Of a stretch of 64,000 nt of DNA, positions 19,673 to 29,303 are shown piece after piece. Each line of letters starts with the position of its first letter. Position 1 is the stretch's first letter. Source of the stretch: Candidatus Eiseniibacteriota bacterium (GTDB taxonomy: Bacteria; Eisenbacteria; RBG-16-71-46; SZUA-252); NCBI GenBank assembly GCA_031370645.1, contig JANMQV010000152.1, positions 1-64,000 of the forward strand. The letters run 5' to 3'. The position numbers and the translations under genes are program-made. The notes beneath the pieces were generated by a model that did not search any database, was not told the DNA's origin, and saw nothing but the letters and a program-made list of their open reading frames with translations.

Positions 19673-20713
19673 ATGAGCCAGATGGGCCGCTCCGCCGGTC
19701 CCCGATCATCGCTCTCCGGACGTCTGAGCCCCGTGCCAATCTTGCAGGTCGCCACCGGGTTCTGGGCGAGCCAAGCGCTATTGACCGCCGTCGAGCTGCG
19801 CGTCTTCACGATCCTCTTCCAGGGGCCGAAGAGCGCGGCTGACGTCGCCGAGGCAGCCGGCGCCGATGCCGCGGCCATGGAAGCGCTCCTCGACGCGAAT
19901 TGCGCCATCGGATTTCTGCAGCGGCAGGGAGACCGGTACAAGAACGACGAAGTGGCGAACGCCTTCCTCGTGGAGAGCGTCCCGGGGAACTACGTGGAAA
20001 TGGTCCGCTTCATGCGGGATCCGCTTTACCCGCTTTGGAGCTCGCTCCGAGAGCGCGTCCGCGGCGGAAGCCCGCCGACCGTGCCACAGGGGAACGACGA
20101 GCTCGAAATTGGCCTGGCGCGGGCCTTCCACACCGGCAGCTATGCGACCATGTCGCGCGTGGCCGAAATCCTCGATCTCGAATTCAGCGACGTTTCCACT
20201 CTTCTCGAAATCGGGAGCCACACGGGCCCCGGCACCCTCTGTCTGGCGCGCCGTTATCCGCAGCTGCACGCGACCATCGTCGACCGGCCGGTTTTCCAGG
20301 CGGTCGCCGAGGAATTCATCAAGAGCATGAAGCTCGAGGATCGCGTGCGATTCGTCGCGGGCGACCCCGACGCCGCGCAGCCGGGCGCCAACGCCGACCT
20401 TTTGCTCATCCCGCACCACCTCTCGCGGCGGAGCCGAAACGTCATCCCGCTCATCCTGGCGGCGGCGCGCGCGTCGCTCCGGGACGGCGGCCACATCATC
20501 GTCACCGAGTTCCTCCTCGAGGACTCCCACGCCGAGCCCAAGGAAGCGGCCCTCTATCGTCTGAACGTGCTCGCCGCGTACGGCGCCGGGAACGCCGGGG
20601 CGTTGACGCGCGGAGAGCTGACGAAGTACCTCCAGGAGGCCGGATTCGCCGGCGTCGACATGGTGGGACTTCCGATATTCGGCATCACGGCCATCACGGC
20701 CACCAAGGGCTAG
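19673..20713 (+). CDS. SAM-dependent methyltransferase, dimerisation + Methyltransf_2 type
   Basis: GFWASQALLTAVELRVF dimerisation helix, motif I variant LLEIGSHTG, RVRFVAGD, LRDGGHIIVTEF, LQEAGF. Confidence 0.8.
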   Translation: MSQMGRSAGPRSSLSGRLSPVPILQVATGFWASQALLTAVELRVFTILFQGPKSAADVAEAAGADAAAMEALLDANCAIGFLQRQGDRYKNDEVANAFLVESVPGNYVEMVRFMRDPLYPLWSSLRERVRGGSPPTVPQGNDELEIGLARAFHTGSYATMSRVAEILDLEFSDVSTLLEIGSHTGPGTLCLARRYPQLHATIVDRPVFQAVAEEFIKSMKLEDRVRFVAGDPDAAQPGANADLLLIPHHLSRRSRNVIPLILAAARASLRDGGHIIVTEFLLEDSHAEPKEAALYRLNVLAAYGAGNAGALTRGELTKYLQEAGFAGVDMVGLPIFGITAITATKG

Positions 20714-20716
20714 GCC

Positions 20717-21367
20717 GTGCGGGTCGAACGCCGTCCCGTGGGGCCGTTCGACAATAATCTCTACATTCTCTCCACGCCCGGATCGCCGGACGCGATCGTC
20801 GTCGATCCCTGCGGCGACGACGGGACCGCGCTTCGCGAGATCGAGCGGCGCGGCCTCAAACTCCGCCGCATTCTCCTCACGCACGGGCACATCGACCACA
20901 TCCTCGCCGTGAAGGCGTATCGCGACGCGACCGGGGCCCCGGTCTGGATGCATCCCGGCGATCGCTGGTGGCTCGAGCGCGCGCCGGCGCAGGCCGCGAC
21001 ATTCGAACTGCCGTGGAACGGCGCGTTCGAAGTCGATCACTGGATCACGGGTGGGGAGGAAGTCGGACTGCCGGGCATCGAGGTGCGCGCGCTGGAGACG
21101 CCAGGGCACTCGCCCGGAAGCGTGACGTTTGTGACTCCCGACGGTCTGATCTCGGGCGATGTCCTCTTCGCCGGCTCGGTCGGCCGCACCGACCTTCCGC
21201 TCTGCGACCCCGAGGCGCTCGTCCGTTCCGTGCGGGAGTGTCTCTTCGCCTACCCTGACGCGACCCCCGTCTATCCGGGGCACGGCCCCGCGACGACCAT
21301 CGGAGCGGAGCGCCGGTCGAACCCGTTCGTCGGGGACGTCGCGCTCGGACACCGCCAGAGCGTCTGA
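20717..21367 (+). CDS. MBL-fold metallo-hydrolase (glyoxalase II-like)
   Basis: THGHIDH, TPGHSPGS, SGDVLFAGSVGRTD, YPGHG. Confidence 0.9.
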   Translation: MRVERRPVGPFDNNLYILSTPGSPDAIVVDPCGDDGTALREIERRGLKLRRILLTHGHIDHILAVKAYRDATGAPVWMHPGDRWWLERAPAQAATFELPWNGAFEVDHWITGGEEVGLPGIEVRALETPGHSPGSVTFVTPDGLISGDVLFAGSVGRTDLPLCDPEALVRSVRECLFAYPDATPVYPGHGPATTIGAERRSNPFVGDVALGHRQSV

Positions 21368-21397
21368 CCGCCGCAGCGCCGCGCGGAGGGGAATCTC

Positions 21398-23038
21398 GTG
21401 ACGAACGAATTCGAAAAACTCCTGCACCCGAGCGCGCTCTACCGCGACTTCCTCCTGTCGCCCGAGCGGGTGCGCGAGTTCTACCCGGCCGACTTCCGCG
21501 ATCCCGCAGCACTCGGAACTCGTGCCGCGGCGCGGGCGTTCCCGCCCGATCGGCGCGCGGCGGTCGTCTCGATCCTGCGACGTCAAGCCGCGTCGTGGGA
21601 TCTGGGCGAACACTCCCGGGAGGCGCTGGCGCGCTTCGAGCGCCCCGACGCGCTCTGCGTCGTGGCGGGGCAGCAGCCGGGGCTCTTCGGCGGGCCGCTC
21701 TACACGATCTACAAGGCGCTCACGGCCATCGCGCTCGCGAAGTCGATCGAAGCGGCGCGCGGCGTTCCGGTGGTGCCGATATTCTGGCTCGCCTCCGACG
21801 ATCACGACTTCGAGGAAGTGCGCCGCACTTGGGTGAGCGACGGCGGGCCCGAGCCTTCGGTGTTAGAGGTGGCCGCCTCCGACGCTCCCGCCGGCGTTTC
21901 GGTGGCGCGCGTGAAGCTCGGCGCCGGCGTCGAGGCGCTCCACCAGCGTCTCGCTTCGCTTCTCCCTCCGTCGGAATTCCGGGATCCGCTCCTCGCGCGA
22001 CTGCGCGATGCCTACGCGCCGGGACGCGGATGGAGCGACGCCTTCGCGCGCTTCGTCGGTTCGCTCCTCGCGCCGATGGGAATGCTCCTCTTCGATCCTT
22101 CCGACGCGGAGACGAAACGGCTCGCGCTCCCGATCTTCGAGCGCGAGGCGGCGCTCGCCGGCGAGAGTTCACGAAAGGCGCACGATCGCGGCGCCGAACT
22201 CGTGGCGCGCGGCTACCACGCGCAGATCACGCGGTCGGGGAACGAACTGAATCTCTTCTGGCACGAGGAGAAGCGCGAGTCGCTCCGACTGGTGGACGGG
22301 AAGGTGCGTGCTTCGGAAGGCGGTCCCACCTGGAGCCCCGCCGAATTCGCGAAGGCGCTGCACGATGCTCCCGAGAAGGCGAGCCCCGGGGTTCTTCTTC
22401 GTCCGCTCATGCAGGACTACCTCCTCCCGACCGCGGCGTACGTCGGCGGTCCCGCGGAGGTCGCCTATTGGGCGCAGATCCATCCCCTCTATCCGCTCTT
22501 CGACCTGGCAACCCCGGCCGTCACGCCGCGCGCGGGCGCCACGCTCCTCGAACCGAAGATCGCGAAGACGCTCGACCGCTTTGGACTCGAGTGGTCGGCG
22601 TTGGCGGGCGACGTGGAGCCGATCCTGACCGAGACGCTCCGGAAACTCCTCCCCGACGATTTCCCCGACCGCTTCGATCGCGAGCGGAAGGAGTGGGACG
22701 CCTCCTTCCAGCGCCTCGACGCCGTTGTTACCGCATTCGATCCGTCGCTCCGATCGGCGCTCACCACCGCGGCGGGAAAGGTGCAGCACGAGGGGCGCGA
22801 ATTGGAGAGGAAACTGATGCAGGTCTGGAAGCGCCGCCAGGAGGAGTCGGTTTCGCAGATTCGCCGCGCGGCGGGGCACCTCTTCCCTCACGGGGGATTG
22901 CAAGAAAGAACGCTCTCCGTCCTCGGATATCTCGCGCGCTACGGCCCCGAATTGCCGGGGCGCATGCGCGAGGCGATCGGCGCGCCCGGCTCGCACGTGG
23001 TGATTCCGGTCGGCGGACCGGTGGTGGCGCCGCGATGA
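21398..23038 (+). CDS. bshC: Bacillithiol biosynthesis cysteine-adding enzyme BshC
   Basis: AGQQPGLFGGPLYTIYKA, PIFWLASDDHDFEE, SPGVLLRPLMQD, YVGGPAEVAYW, LFPHGGLQER. Confidence 0.93.
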   Translation: MTNEFEKLLHPSALYRDFLLSPERVREFYPADFRDPAALGTRAAARAFPPDRRAAVVSILRRQAASWDLGEHSREALARFERPDALCVVAGQQPGLFGGPLYTIYKALTAIALAKSIEAARGVPVVPIFWLASDDHDFEEVRRTWVSDGGPEPSVLEVAASDAPAGVSVARVKLGAGVEALHQRLASLLPPSEFRDPLLARLRDAYAPGRGWSDAFARFVGSLLAPMGMLLFDPSDAETKRLALPIFEREAALAGESSRKAHDRGAELVARGYHAQITRSGNELNLFWHEEKRESLRLVDGKVRASEGGPTWSPAEFAKALHDAPEKASPGVLLRPLMQDYLLPTAAYVGGPAEVAYWAQIHPLYPLFDLATPAVTPRAGATLLEPKIAKTLDRFGLEWSALAGDVEPILTETLRKLLPDDFPDRFDRERKEWDASFQRLDAVVTAFDPSLRSALTTAAGKVQHEGRELERKLMQVWKRRQEESVSQIRRAAGHLFPHGGLQERTLSVLGYLARYGPELPGRMREAIGAPGSHVVIPVGGPVVAPR

Positions 23039-24207
23039 AGATCGGAATCTCCTGCTATCCGTCCCACGGAGGCTCCGGCGTCGTCGCGACCGAACTCGGC
23101 ATGGAACTCGCCAAGCGCGGTCATGAGATTCACTTCATCTCGTACGCGATTCCGTTTCGCCTGAAGCCGCATGCGGAGGGAATCTATTTCCACGAAGTGT
23201 CGAACACCTCGTACCCGCTCTTCCAATTCCCGCTCTACACGATGACGTTGGCGGCGAAAATGGCGGAGGTCGCCGACGAGGTCGGGCTCGACGTGTTGCA
23301 CGCGCACTACGCCATCCCGCACGCAGTTTGCGCCCATTTGGCGCGCGAGGTGGCGCGTACGAAAGACCGCCTCCGCGTCGTCACCACGCTCCACGGCACC
23401 GACATCACGCTCGTCGGCTCGGATCAGTCGTTCCGGTCGATCACGCGCTACGGGATTGAGATGAGCGACGGGGTTACCGCCGTCTCCGAATTCCTCCGGA
23501 AACGGACCGTCGACGTCTTCGCGCCGAAGCGCGACGTGGAGGTGATCCCGAACTTCGTCGACACGGCCCGCTACGCGCCGCGCGAGGGTTCGGCCTGCCA
23601 TCGCGAGCGCTACGCGCGGAGCGGGGAGAAGATCCTCACGCACATCTCGAACTTCCGCGCGAGCAAGCGGGCGCCGGATGCCGTGCGCGTGCTGGCGGCC
23701 GTGCGGCGGGAAGTGCCGGCGGTGCTCTTGATGGTGGGAGATGGTCCGGAGCGGACGCGAAGCCGTGAAGTGGCGGTGGAACTCGGCGTCGAACGCCACG
23801 TTCGTTACTTGGGGCAGATGGACGCGGTGGAAGAAGTCCTCGCCGCGAGCGACCTTTTCATCCTCCCGAGCGAGAACGAATCGTTCGGCCTCGCGGCGCT
23901 CGAAGCGATGTCGAGCGGCGTGCCGGTGATTGGCACCACCGCCGAAGGGCTCCCCGAGTTGATTCGCTTCGGGGAAACCGGGTATCTCGTGCCCGTGGGG
24001 GACGTCGAAGGGATGGCCCGGCGGGCGGTCGAGGTGTTGAGCGACGCGAAGCTTCACACCACCATGGCCGCCGCCGCCCGGCGGCTCTCTGTGGAGAAAT
24101 ACGAGGCGAGCCGCGTCGTGCCGCTGTACGAGAAATTCTACGAGAAGGTGCGGGAGCGCCCCGTCTTCATCCCGCCGCCGCTCGCCCCGCCCGAGGGGCT
24201 GGCGTAG
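23035..24207 (+). CDS. bshA: N-acetyl-alpha-D-glucosaminyl L-malate synthase BshA
   Basis: [65 protein letters not shown] overlap with bshC. Confidence 0.95.
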   Translation: MKIGISCYPSHGGSGVVATELGMELAKRGHEIHFISYAIPFRLKPHAEGIYFHEVSNTSYPLFQFPLYTMTLAAKMAEVADEVGLDVLHAHYAIPHAVCAHLAREVARTKDRLRVVTTLHGTDITLVGSDQSFRSITRYGIEMSDGVTAVSEFLRKRTVDVFAPKRDVEVIPNFVDTARYAPREGSACHRERYARSGEKILTHISNFRASKRAPDAVRVLAAVRREVPAVLLMVGDGPERTRSREVAVELGVERHVRYLGQMDAVEEVLAASDLFILPSENESFGLAALEAMSSGVPVIGTTAEGLPELIRFGETGYLVPVGDVEGMARRAVEVLSDAKLHTTMAAAARRLSVEKYEASRVVPLYEKFYEKVRERPVFIPPPLAPPEGLA

Positions 24208-24223
24208 GGGCGAACGTTCAGGC

Positions 24224-25417
24224 TCATGGATGGTGCGGAAGTGCGAGCGTCACACTCGGCGCTCCCGCCGGCACCAACAACGTCAGGATCGAGTCGGCGT
24301 CCGCGATACCGGCCCGAGTCACGGCCACCGTCCCAGATCCCGGTCGGCTCCGCACATAGAGATCGTATTCAAGCCCCCGCTCCAAGAGCAGATGGAACGC
24401 ACCGGCGTTGTCTGTTGGACAAAAGGCCGAGCGGCGGGGATCGAGCCAGGGCACCGCGACGACGTATCGACCCGCTTGCGGCTCGCCTGTTCCCGACGTG
24501 AGGACCGCTCCCGACCAGAGGGTTCCGTCTAGCTCAAAGTCCTTCGTCGTCGGGCCCGATACCGGTGAATTCGGTGCATATCGAGGGAGGATGTACGAGC
24601 TCGAACCCTGAGGGGTGATCGTCCAACGATAACTCGCGGCGGAGAGATACATCGCGTAGTAGCCCTCGGCATCGGTGATCGCAGTCACGCTCGAGCCCGT
24701 GCTGTTCGCATAGACAAATGCTCCCAGAATGGGCACGCCGGCTCGACCGGTAACGTGTCCTTGAATCCGGCTGCCTTCCATTTGGAACACCATGGTCGTG
24801 TCGTTCGTGATCGCGACGTCCTCAATCTTTCTCGTGGGGTAGGGGTGAGGGTACGCACCGCCCGACGCGCGGATCTGATACACCCCTGGCGGGACGAGCA
24901 GGCGAAACGTGGAGCCCGTATAAGCGAAGTCGATGTAGTCGTAATCTCCATTTGTGTGGAGACCGTCCATGTAGATATACCCCGCATTCAAGATCGCACC
25001 GTCGGGGTCGCGAATCTCGCCCGAAACGTAGGCTCCCGAGAGTCGGAACACGTGACGCCCGGCATCCCCCGAAACGACGAACTCCGGGATGTCGGGACGA
25101 TGGGTGTAGGGGGAATTCTCAGGGAGGAGCGCGGTTCCGGTGTATCTACCCTCCGGCACGTGAAAATGCGCGTGGCCGGCGGCGTCTGTCTCGGCGCCGA
25201 ACACTCCAGACTGCCGCGTCGGTCCAATCCGGTTCAGGAGGATGATCGCTTCGGAAATGGGGCTGCCGTCGCGCTCCTGGTAGATGAAATCGAGATCGAC
25301 CTGGCGCGAGGGGGCCGTGGGAATTCGGGCGCACGCGAGCCCGACCAACAGAAGCATTCCCCCGGCGCAAAAAACGCCGGTGCGTGCCCGTCGGCCCCTC
25401 GATCCCTTCGTGGTCAC
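24224..25417 (-). CDS. Lipoprotein with tandem carboxypeptidase-regulatory-like (prealbumin-fold) repeats
   Basis: Lipobox LVGLAC and repeated units of the type IQGHVTGRAGVPILGAFV...TDAEGYY. Confidence 0.65.
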   Translation of the reverse strand: MTTKGSRGRRARTGVFCAGGMLLLVGLACARIPTAPSRQVDLDFIYQERDGSPISEAIILLNRIGPTRQSGVFGAETDAAGHAHFHVPEGRYTGTALLPENSPYTHRPDIPEFVVSGDAGRHVFRLSGAYVSGEIRDPDGAILNAGYIYMDGLHTNGDYDYIDFAYTGSTFRLLVPPGVYQIRASGGAYPHPYPTRKIEDVAITNDTTMVFQMEGSRIQGHVTGRAGVPILGAFVYANSTGSSVTAITDAEGYYAMYLSAASYRWTITPQGSSSYILPRYAPNSPVSGPTTKDFELDGTLWSGAVLTSGTGEPQAGRYVVAVPWLDPRRSAFCPTDNAGAFHLLLERGLEYDLYVRSRPGSGTVAVTRAGIADADSILTLLVPAGAPSVTLALPHHP

Positions 25418-25423
25418 GCGAAA

Positions 25424-26038
25424 TTAGAACTCATATTGCACGCCAAACGTGAAGACACCGGTGACGAGCGTCTGGCGCGGAGATTCGTAATCGAGATAGC
25501 GTGAGGAATTGAAGATCGTGAAACTCGCCCGGTAGGCGTCCGCCGAAGCCTCGGCAAACGCAGACCACCGCGCCGCTGGCGCATACTCCACGCCCAGCCC
25601 CCCGGCGAATACCAATCCCGCCGTTCCGGGGGTGTCATAGAAATTGAAGAACTGTCCGCCTAGCCCGCCGACCACATATGGCCGCAACGGACTTCGCAGC
25701 AGCGCAACAGTCGAGAGAAGCCGGATATCCCCGAAGCTCATGTCTTGTCCCGACGTCTTCCTTACGGGCGAGGAGTGCCCTGCGTCCATGACGATACTCA
25801 CGCGTTCGCTGACTCCCATTGAAATCCGCACGCCAAATGCGAACTCGGAGCGGAGCTTGAGGGGATCGGCGAAGACGCGGGCACCCATCACGGGCGCCAC
25901 GCGGATCGGACGCTTGCCCACGCTTTCGGCGACGGCTGGACTCGCCGCCAGGAGAAACACGACGGCTAGCACCGCGAGAACCCTGGAGAGCGTCCAAGGG
26001 GAAGCGACATGGCGTCGGTATGAAGGACGGCGCTTCAT
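25424..26038 (-). CDS. Outer-membrane beta-barrel protein (OmpA-like 8-strand type)
   Basis: Signal peptide, LRPYVVGGLG, GGLGVEY, C-terminal beta-signal FGVQYEF. Confidence 0.75.
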   Translation of the reverse strand: MKRRPSYRRHVASPWTLSRVLAVLAVVFLLAASPAVAESVGKRPIRVAPVMGARVFADPLKLRSEFAFGVRISMGVSERVSIVMDAGHSSPVRKTSGQDMSFGDIRLLSTVALLRSPLRPYVVGGLGGQFFNFYDTPGTAGLVFAGGLGVEYAPAARWSAFAEASADAYRASFTIFNSSRYLDYESPRQTLVTGVFTFGVQYEF

Positions 26039-26079
26039 TCAAACCTCTGTGGAACGGTTCGGACCGGCTGGACCGGCAC

Positions 26080-26142
26080 TTGTGGGAAGGGGCCTTTCTG
26101 TGTACGATTCCATAGCTTACGCCCCTTCGAGGCGGGCCGCAA
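26080..26142. promoter_or_regulatory. Face-to-face promoters of divergent genes: + TTGTGG-N17-TACGAT (26080-26108) and - TTGCGG-N17-TAAGCT (26142-26114)
   Basis: Direct motif matches in the intergenic gap between the barrel and UroD-like genes. Confidence 0.45.
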
Positions 26143-26178
26143 CGTGCCCAGCGAGGACCCTTTTCAGCCCCTGACGCC

Positions 26179-27174
26179 ATGACCCGACGCGAACGAATCC
26201 GAAAGACCCTGGCGGGCGAACCGACCGACCGACCCCCGATCTCCTTCTGGCGGCATTTCTATCACCGCGAGGGGTCGGCGGCCGATCTGGCGGCTTCCAT
26301 GCTGGAGTTCCAGAAGCGCTACGACTGGGACATCCTGAAGGTCAATCCGCGCGGGTCGTATCACGTGGAGGACTGGGGGGTTCGGACGGCGCGCCCGGGG
26401 ACTGGGCCGCTTGACAAGCCGAAGGTCGTCGCGGGAATCATTCGAGAGCCGGCCGACTGGGACAAGATCCACCCCGTCGATCCGACGCGCGGCGCCTTGG
26501 GCGAGCACCTGGACGCGCTCGAGCGGATCGCCGCCGAGGCGCAGGGCGACGTCGACTGGGTCATGACCGTCTTCAATCCGATTTCGATCGCGGCGGACCT
26601 GGCGAACGACGACGCGATGTTCGTGAATCACCTGCGCGAGCACGGCGATCGCGTGCATGGCGCGCTTCGCGCCATCACCGAGACCTATGCCGGCTTCGTT
26701 CGCGAATGCATGGCGCGAGGTGCGGCGGGCATTTTCTTCGCCACGACCGACTACGCCAACGACACGCGCATCGACCGCGCGACGACGAACGAATTCGGAC
26801 GTCCCTACGATCTTCGCGTGCTGGCCGAAGCGGCCGGCGCGCCGCTCAACGTGGTTCACGTCTGCGGTCCCGGCGCCTACGTCGAAGAACATCTCGACTA
26901 TCCGGTCTCCGTCGTCTCCTGGGCCGACCGCGCGCCGCGGAACCCTTCGATCGCGGAAGTTCGCGCGAAGACCTCGAAGACGCTCCTGGCGGGGCTCGCG
27001 CACGACGGCGTGCTCCTCACCGGACCGGTGGAAGCGGTCCAGGAGGAAGCGCGCGCCGCGATCGTCGCCTCGGGCGGAACGCGATTCATTCTCGGACCGG
27101 GATGCGCCGTTCCGGCCGCGGCGCCGCTCGAGCACTTCCAAGCCGTTCGGGAGGTCGCGGTCGAATGCGCCTAG
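26179..27174 (+). CDS. Uroporphyrinogen decarboxylase-fold protein (non-canonical, MtaA/CmuA-like superfamily)
   Basis: DRPPISFWRHF, TVFNP, RPYDLRVL, VVHVCG, FILGPGC. Lacks the HemE RQAGR motif. Confidence 0.75.
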   Translation: MTRRERIRKTLAGEPTDRPPISFWRHFYHREGSAADLAASMLEFQKRYDWDILKVNPRGSYHVEDWGVRTARPGTGPLDKPKVVAGIIREPADWDKIHPVDPTRGALGEHLDALERIAAEAQGDVDWVMTVFNPISIAADLANDDAMFVNHLREHGDRVHGALRAITETYAGFVRECMARGAAGIFFATTDYANDTRIDRATTNEFGRPYDLRVLAEAAGAPLNVVHVCGPGAYVEEHLDYPVSVVSWADRAPRNPSIAEVRAKTSKTLLAGLAHDGVLLTGPVEAVQEEARAAIVASGGTRFILGPGCAVPAAAPLEHFQAVREVAVECA

Positions 27175-28493
27175 CCGCCTTCAAGTCGACGATCCGTCGC
27201 GCCACGGTGCTCGCGCTCGTCGCGGCCGTCGCCCTCACCGTCGGCTCCGCACGGGCGAAAGATAATCCAGCCCCCCCAGGGCCGGTCATCGACGTCCTCA
27301 CGCTTGACGGCGCCATTCAGCCGATCAGCGCCGAGGTCTTCGTGAAGGCGATCGACCGCGCCGAGCGCGACCATCGCGAAGCGCTGATTGTCCGCCTCGA
27401 CACGCCCGGCGGGCTCGACTCCTCCATGCGCGACATCATCAAGCGAATCCTCGTCTCGGACGTTCCCGTGATCGTCTTTGTGGCGCCTCCGGGCGCGCGC
27501 GCGGCGAGCGCGGGCACGTTCATCGCTTATGCGGCCCATGTCTCGGCCATGTCGCCCGGTACTTCGATCGGTGCGGCGACGCCGGTTCAGATGGGCGGGA
27601 ACGACGTGCAGAAAGACCTCGGCCGGAAGGTGAAGAACGACGCCGTCTCCTACATCCGTTCTCTCGCCACGCAGCACGGGCGAAACGCCGACTGGGCCGA
27701 GAAGGCCGTGCGCGAAGGAGGATCGCTTCCGGAACGAGAAGCGCTTCGGCTCCACGTGGTCGATCTCGTCGCGCGCGATGTCGACGAGCTCCTCGCGGCG
27801 CTCGACGGTCGCACGGTGATGGTGGCGGGGATGGCGCGGACGCTCCACACGAAAGGCGCGACGAAGCGTGAACTGAAGCCGAGCTGGCGGCAGGAGATCC
27901 TCTCGCGCATCGTCGACCCGAACGTGGCCTACATTCTCTTCATCCTCGGCTTCTACGGACTCATCTTCGAACTCTCGAATCCCGGCGCGATCCTTCCCGG
28001 GATCGTCGGCGGCATTTGCATTCTCCTCGCCTTCCTCGCCTTCCAGGCGCTACCGGTGAACATGACGGGAGTCTTCCTCATCCTCTTCGCCATGATCCTC
28101 TTCCTGGTGGAGGTGAAGGTGCAGAGCCACGGACTCCTCGCTGCCGGGGGCGTCGTGGCGCTCATTCTGGGATCGCTCATCCTCATGGGCGGCGACACCA
28201 ACGTCGGGCGGGTTTCGCTGGTGGTGGTCGGCACGGCCGTCGGAGCGACGATCCTCTTCTTCACGTTGGTCATCGGGGCGGCGTGGCGGGCGCAAAAAAC
28301 GCGAGCCACGACGGGGTGGGAAGGATTGGTCGGCGAGCGGGGCGAGGCGGTGACTCCGCTTGCTCCGAAAGGAAAAGTGTTTGTGCACGGGGAGTATTGG
28401 AACGCGGAATCGGGCGAGGTGATCGACACCGGCGCCTCGGTCATCGTGGAGCGTGTGGACGGCATGACGCTGCGCGTGCGCAAGGCGTCGTAA
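27165..28493 (+). CDS. nfeD: NfeD-family membrane-bound serine protease (long form)
   Basis: Signal peptide, LDTPGGL, RAASAGTFI, IGAATPV, TM bundle, OB-fold GKVFVHGEYWNAES. Confidence 0.9.
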   Translation: MRLAAFKSTIRRATVLALVAAVALTVGSARAKDNPAPPGPVIDVLTLDGAIQPISAEVFVKAIDRAERDHREALIVRLDTPGGLDSSMRDIIKRILVSDVPVIVFVAPPGARAASAGTFIAYAAHVSAMSPGTSIGAATPVQMGGNDVQKDLGRKVKNDAVSYIRSLATQHGRNADWAEKAVREGGSLPEREALRLHVVDLVARDVDELLAALDGRTVMVAGMARTLHTKGATKRELKPSWRQEILSRIVDPNVAYILFILGFYGLIFELSNPGAILPGIVGGICILLAFLAFQALPVNMTGVFLILFAMILFLVEVKVQSHGLLAAGGVVALILGSLILMGGDTNVGRVSLVVVGTAVGATILFFTLVIGAAWRAQKTRATTGWEGLVGERGEAVTPLAPKGKVFVHGEYWNAESGEVIDTGASVIVERVDGMTLRVRKAS

Positions 28494-28505
28494 GCGGAGG
28501 CAGGG

Positions 28506-29303
28506 ATGATCTCCTATGCGTTTGTAACGATTCTCTTCCTGGGAATACTGGTCTTCACGAGCGCCGTGAAGGTGCTTCGGGAGTACGAGCGCGCCGTCAT
28601 CTTCCGCCTCGGGCGTTCGATCGGCCAGAAGGGCCCCGGGCTCATCCTCCTGATCCCCATCATCGACAAGATGGTGAAGATCCCGCTTCGGACGGTGACC
28701 ATGGACGTGCCGCCGCAGGACGTCATCACGCGCGACAACGTCTCGGTGAAGGTGAACGCGGTCATCTATTTCCGCGTTCTCGAACCGACGAAGGCCGTGC
28801 TCCAGGTGGAGAACTACCTCTACGCGACGTCTCAGATCGCGCAGACCACGCTCCGGTCGACGCTCGGCGAGGCCGACCTCGACGATCTCCTCTCCAAGCG
28901 CGAGAAGATCAACCAGGAGCTCCAGATGGTGATCGACCGCCACACGGAGCCGTGGGGAATCAAGGTGAGCACGGTCGAGGTGAAGAACGTCGACCTGCCG
29001 CAAGAAATGCAGCGCGCCATCGCCCGGCAGGCCGAAGCGGAGCGCGAACGCCGCGCGAAGGTCATCAACGCCGAAGGCGAACTCCAAGCGTCGCAGAAGC
29101 TCCAAGAGGCCGCGACCGTCATCGCGCGGGAGCCGCTGGCCATGCAGCTTCGTTATCTGCAGACGCTCGCAGAGATCGCGACGGAAAACAGCTCGACCAT
29201 CGTCTTCCCGGTGCCGATCGATCTCTTCGCGCCGCTGTTCCAGGCGCGTGAAAAGGCCGCGGCGGCCGCGCGCGTCAGTCCGGGGGCGGAGGGCCCGAAG
29301 TGA
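28506..29303 (+). CDS. Slipin/SPFH (stomatin-like) protein
   Basis: [50 protein letters not shown]. Adjacent to nfeD. Confidence 0.93.
   Translation: MISYAFVTILFLGILVFTSAVKVLREYERAVIFRLGRSIGQKGPGLILLIPIIDKMVKIPLRTVTMDVPPQDVITRDNVSVKVNAVIYFRVLEPTKAVLQVENYLYATSQIAQTTLRSTLGEADLDDLLSKREKINQELQMVIDRHTEPWGIKVSTVEVKNVDLPQEMQRAIARQAEAERERRAKVINAEGELQASQKLQEAATVIAREPLAMQLRYLQTLAEIATENSSTIVFPVPIDLFAPLFQAREKAAAAARVSPGAEGPK

Noticed and set aside
21595-24207. Apparent 870-aa bshA fusion (likewise 58167-61481, 26706-28493, 36783-38573)
   Set aside because: The N-terminal extensions are off-frame read-through of the upstream gene. True starts lie at the stop/start overlaps.
26061-26077. GGACCGGC tandem repeat near the divergent promoters
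   Set aside because: An 8-bp GC-rich duplication is plausible by chance.
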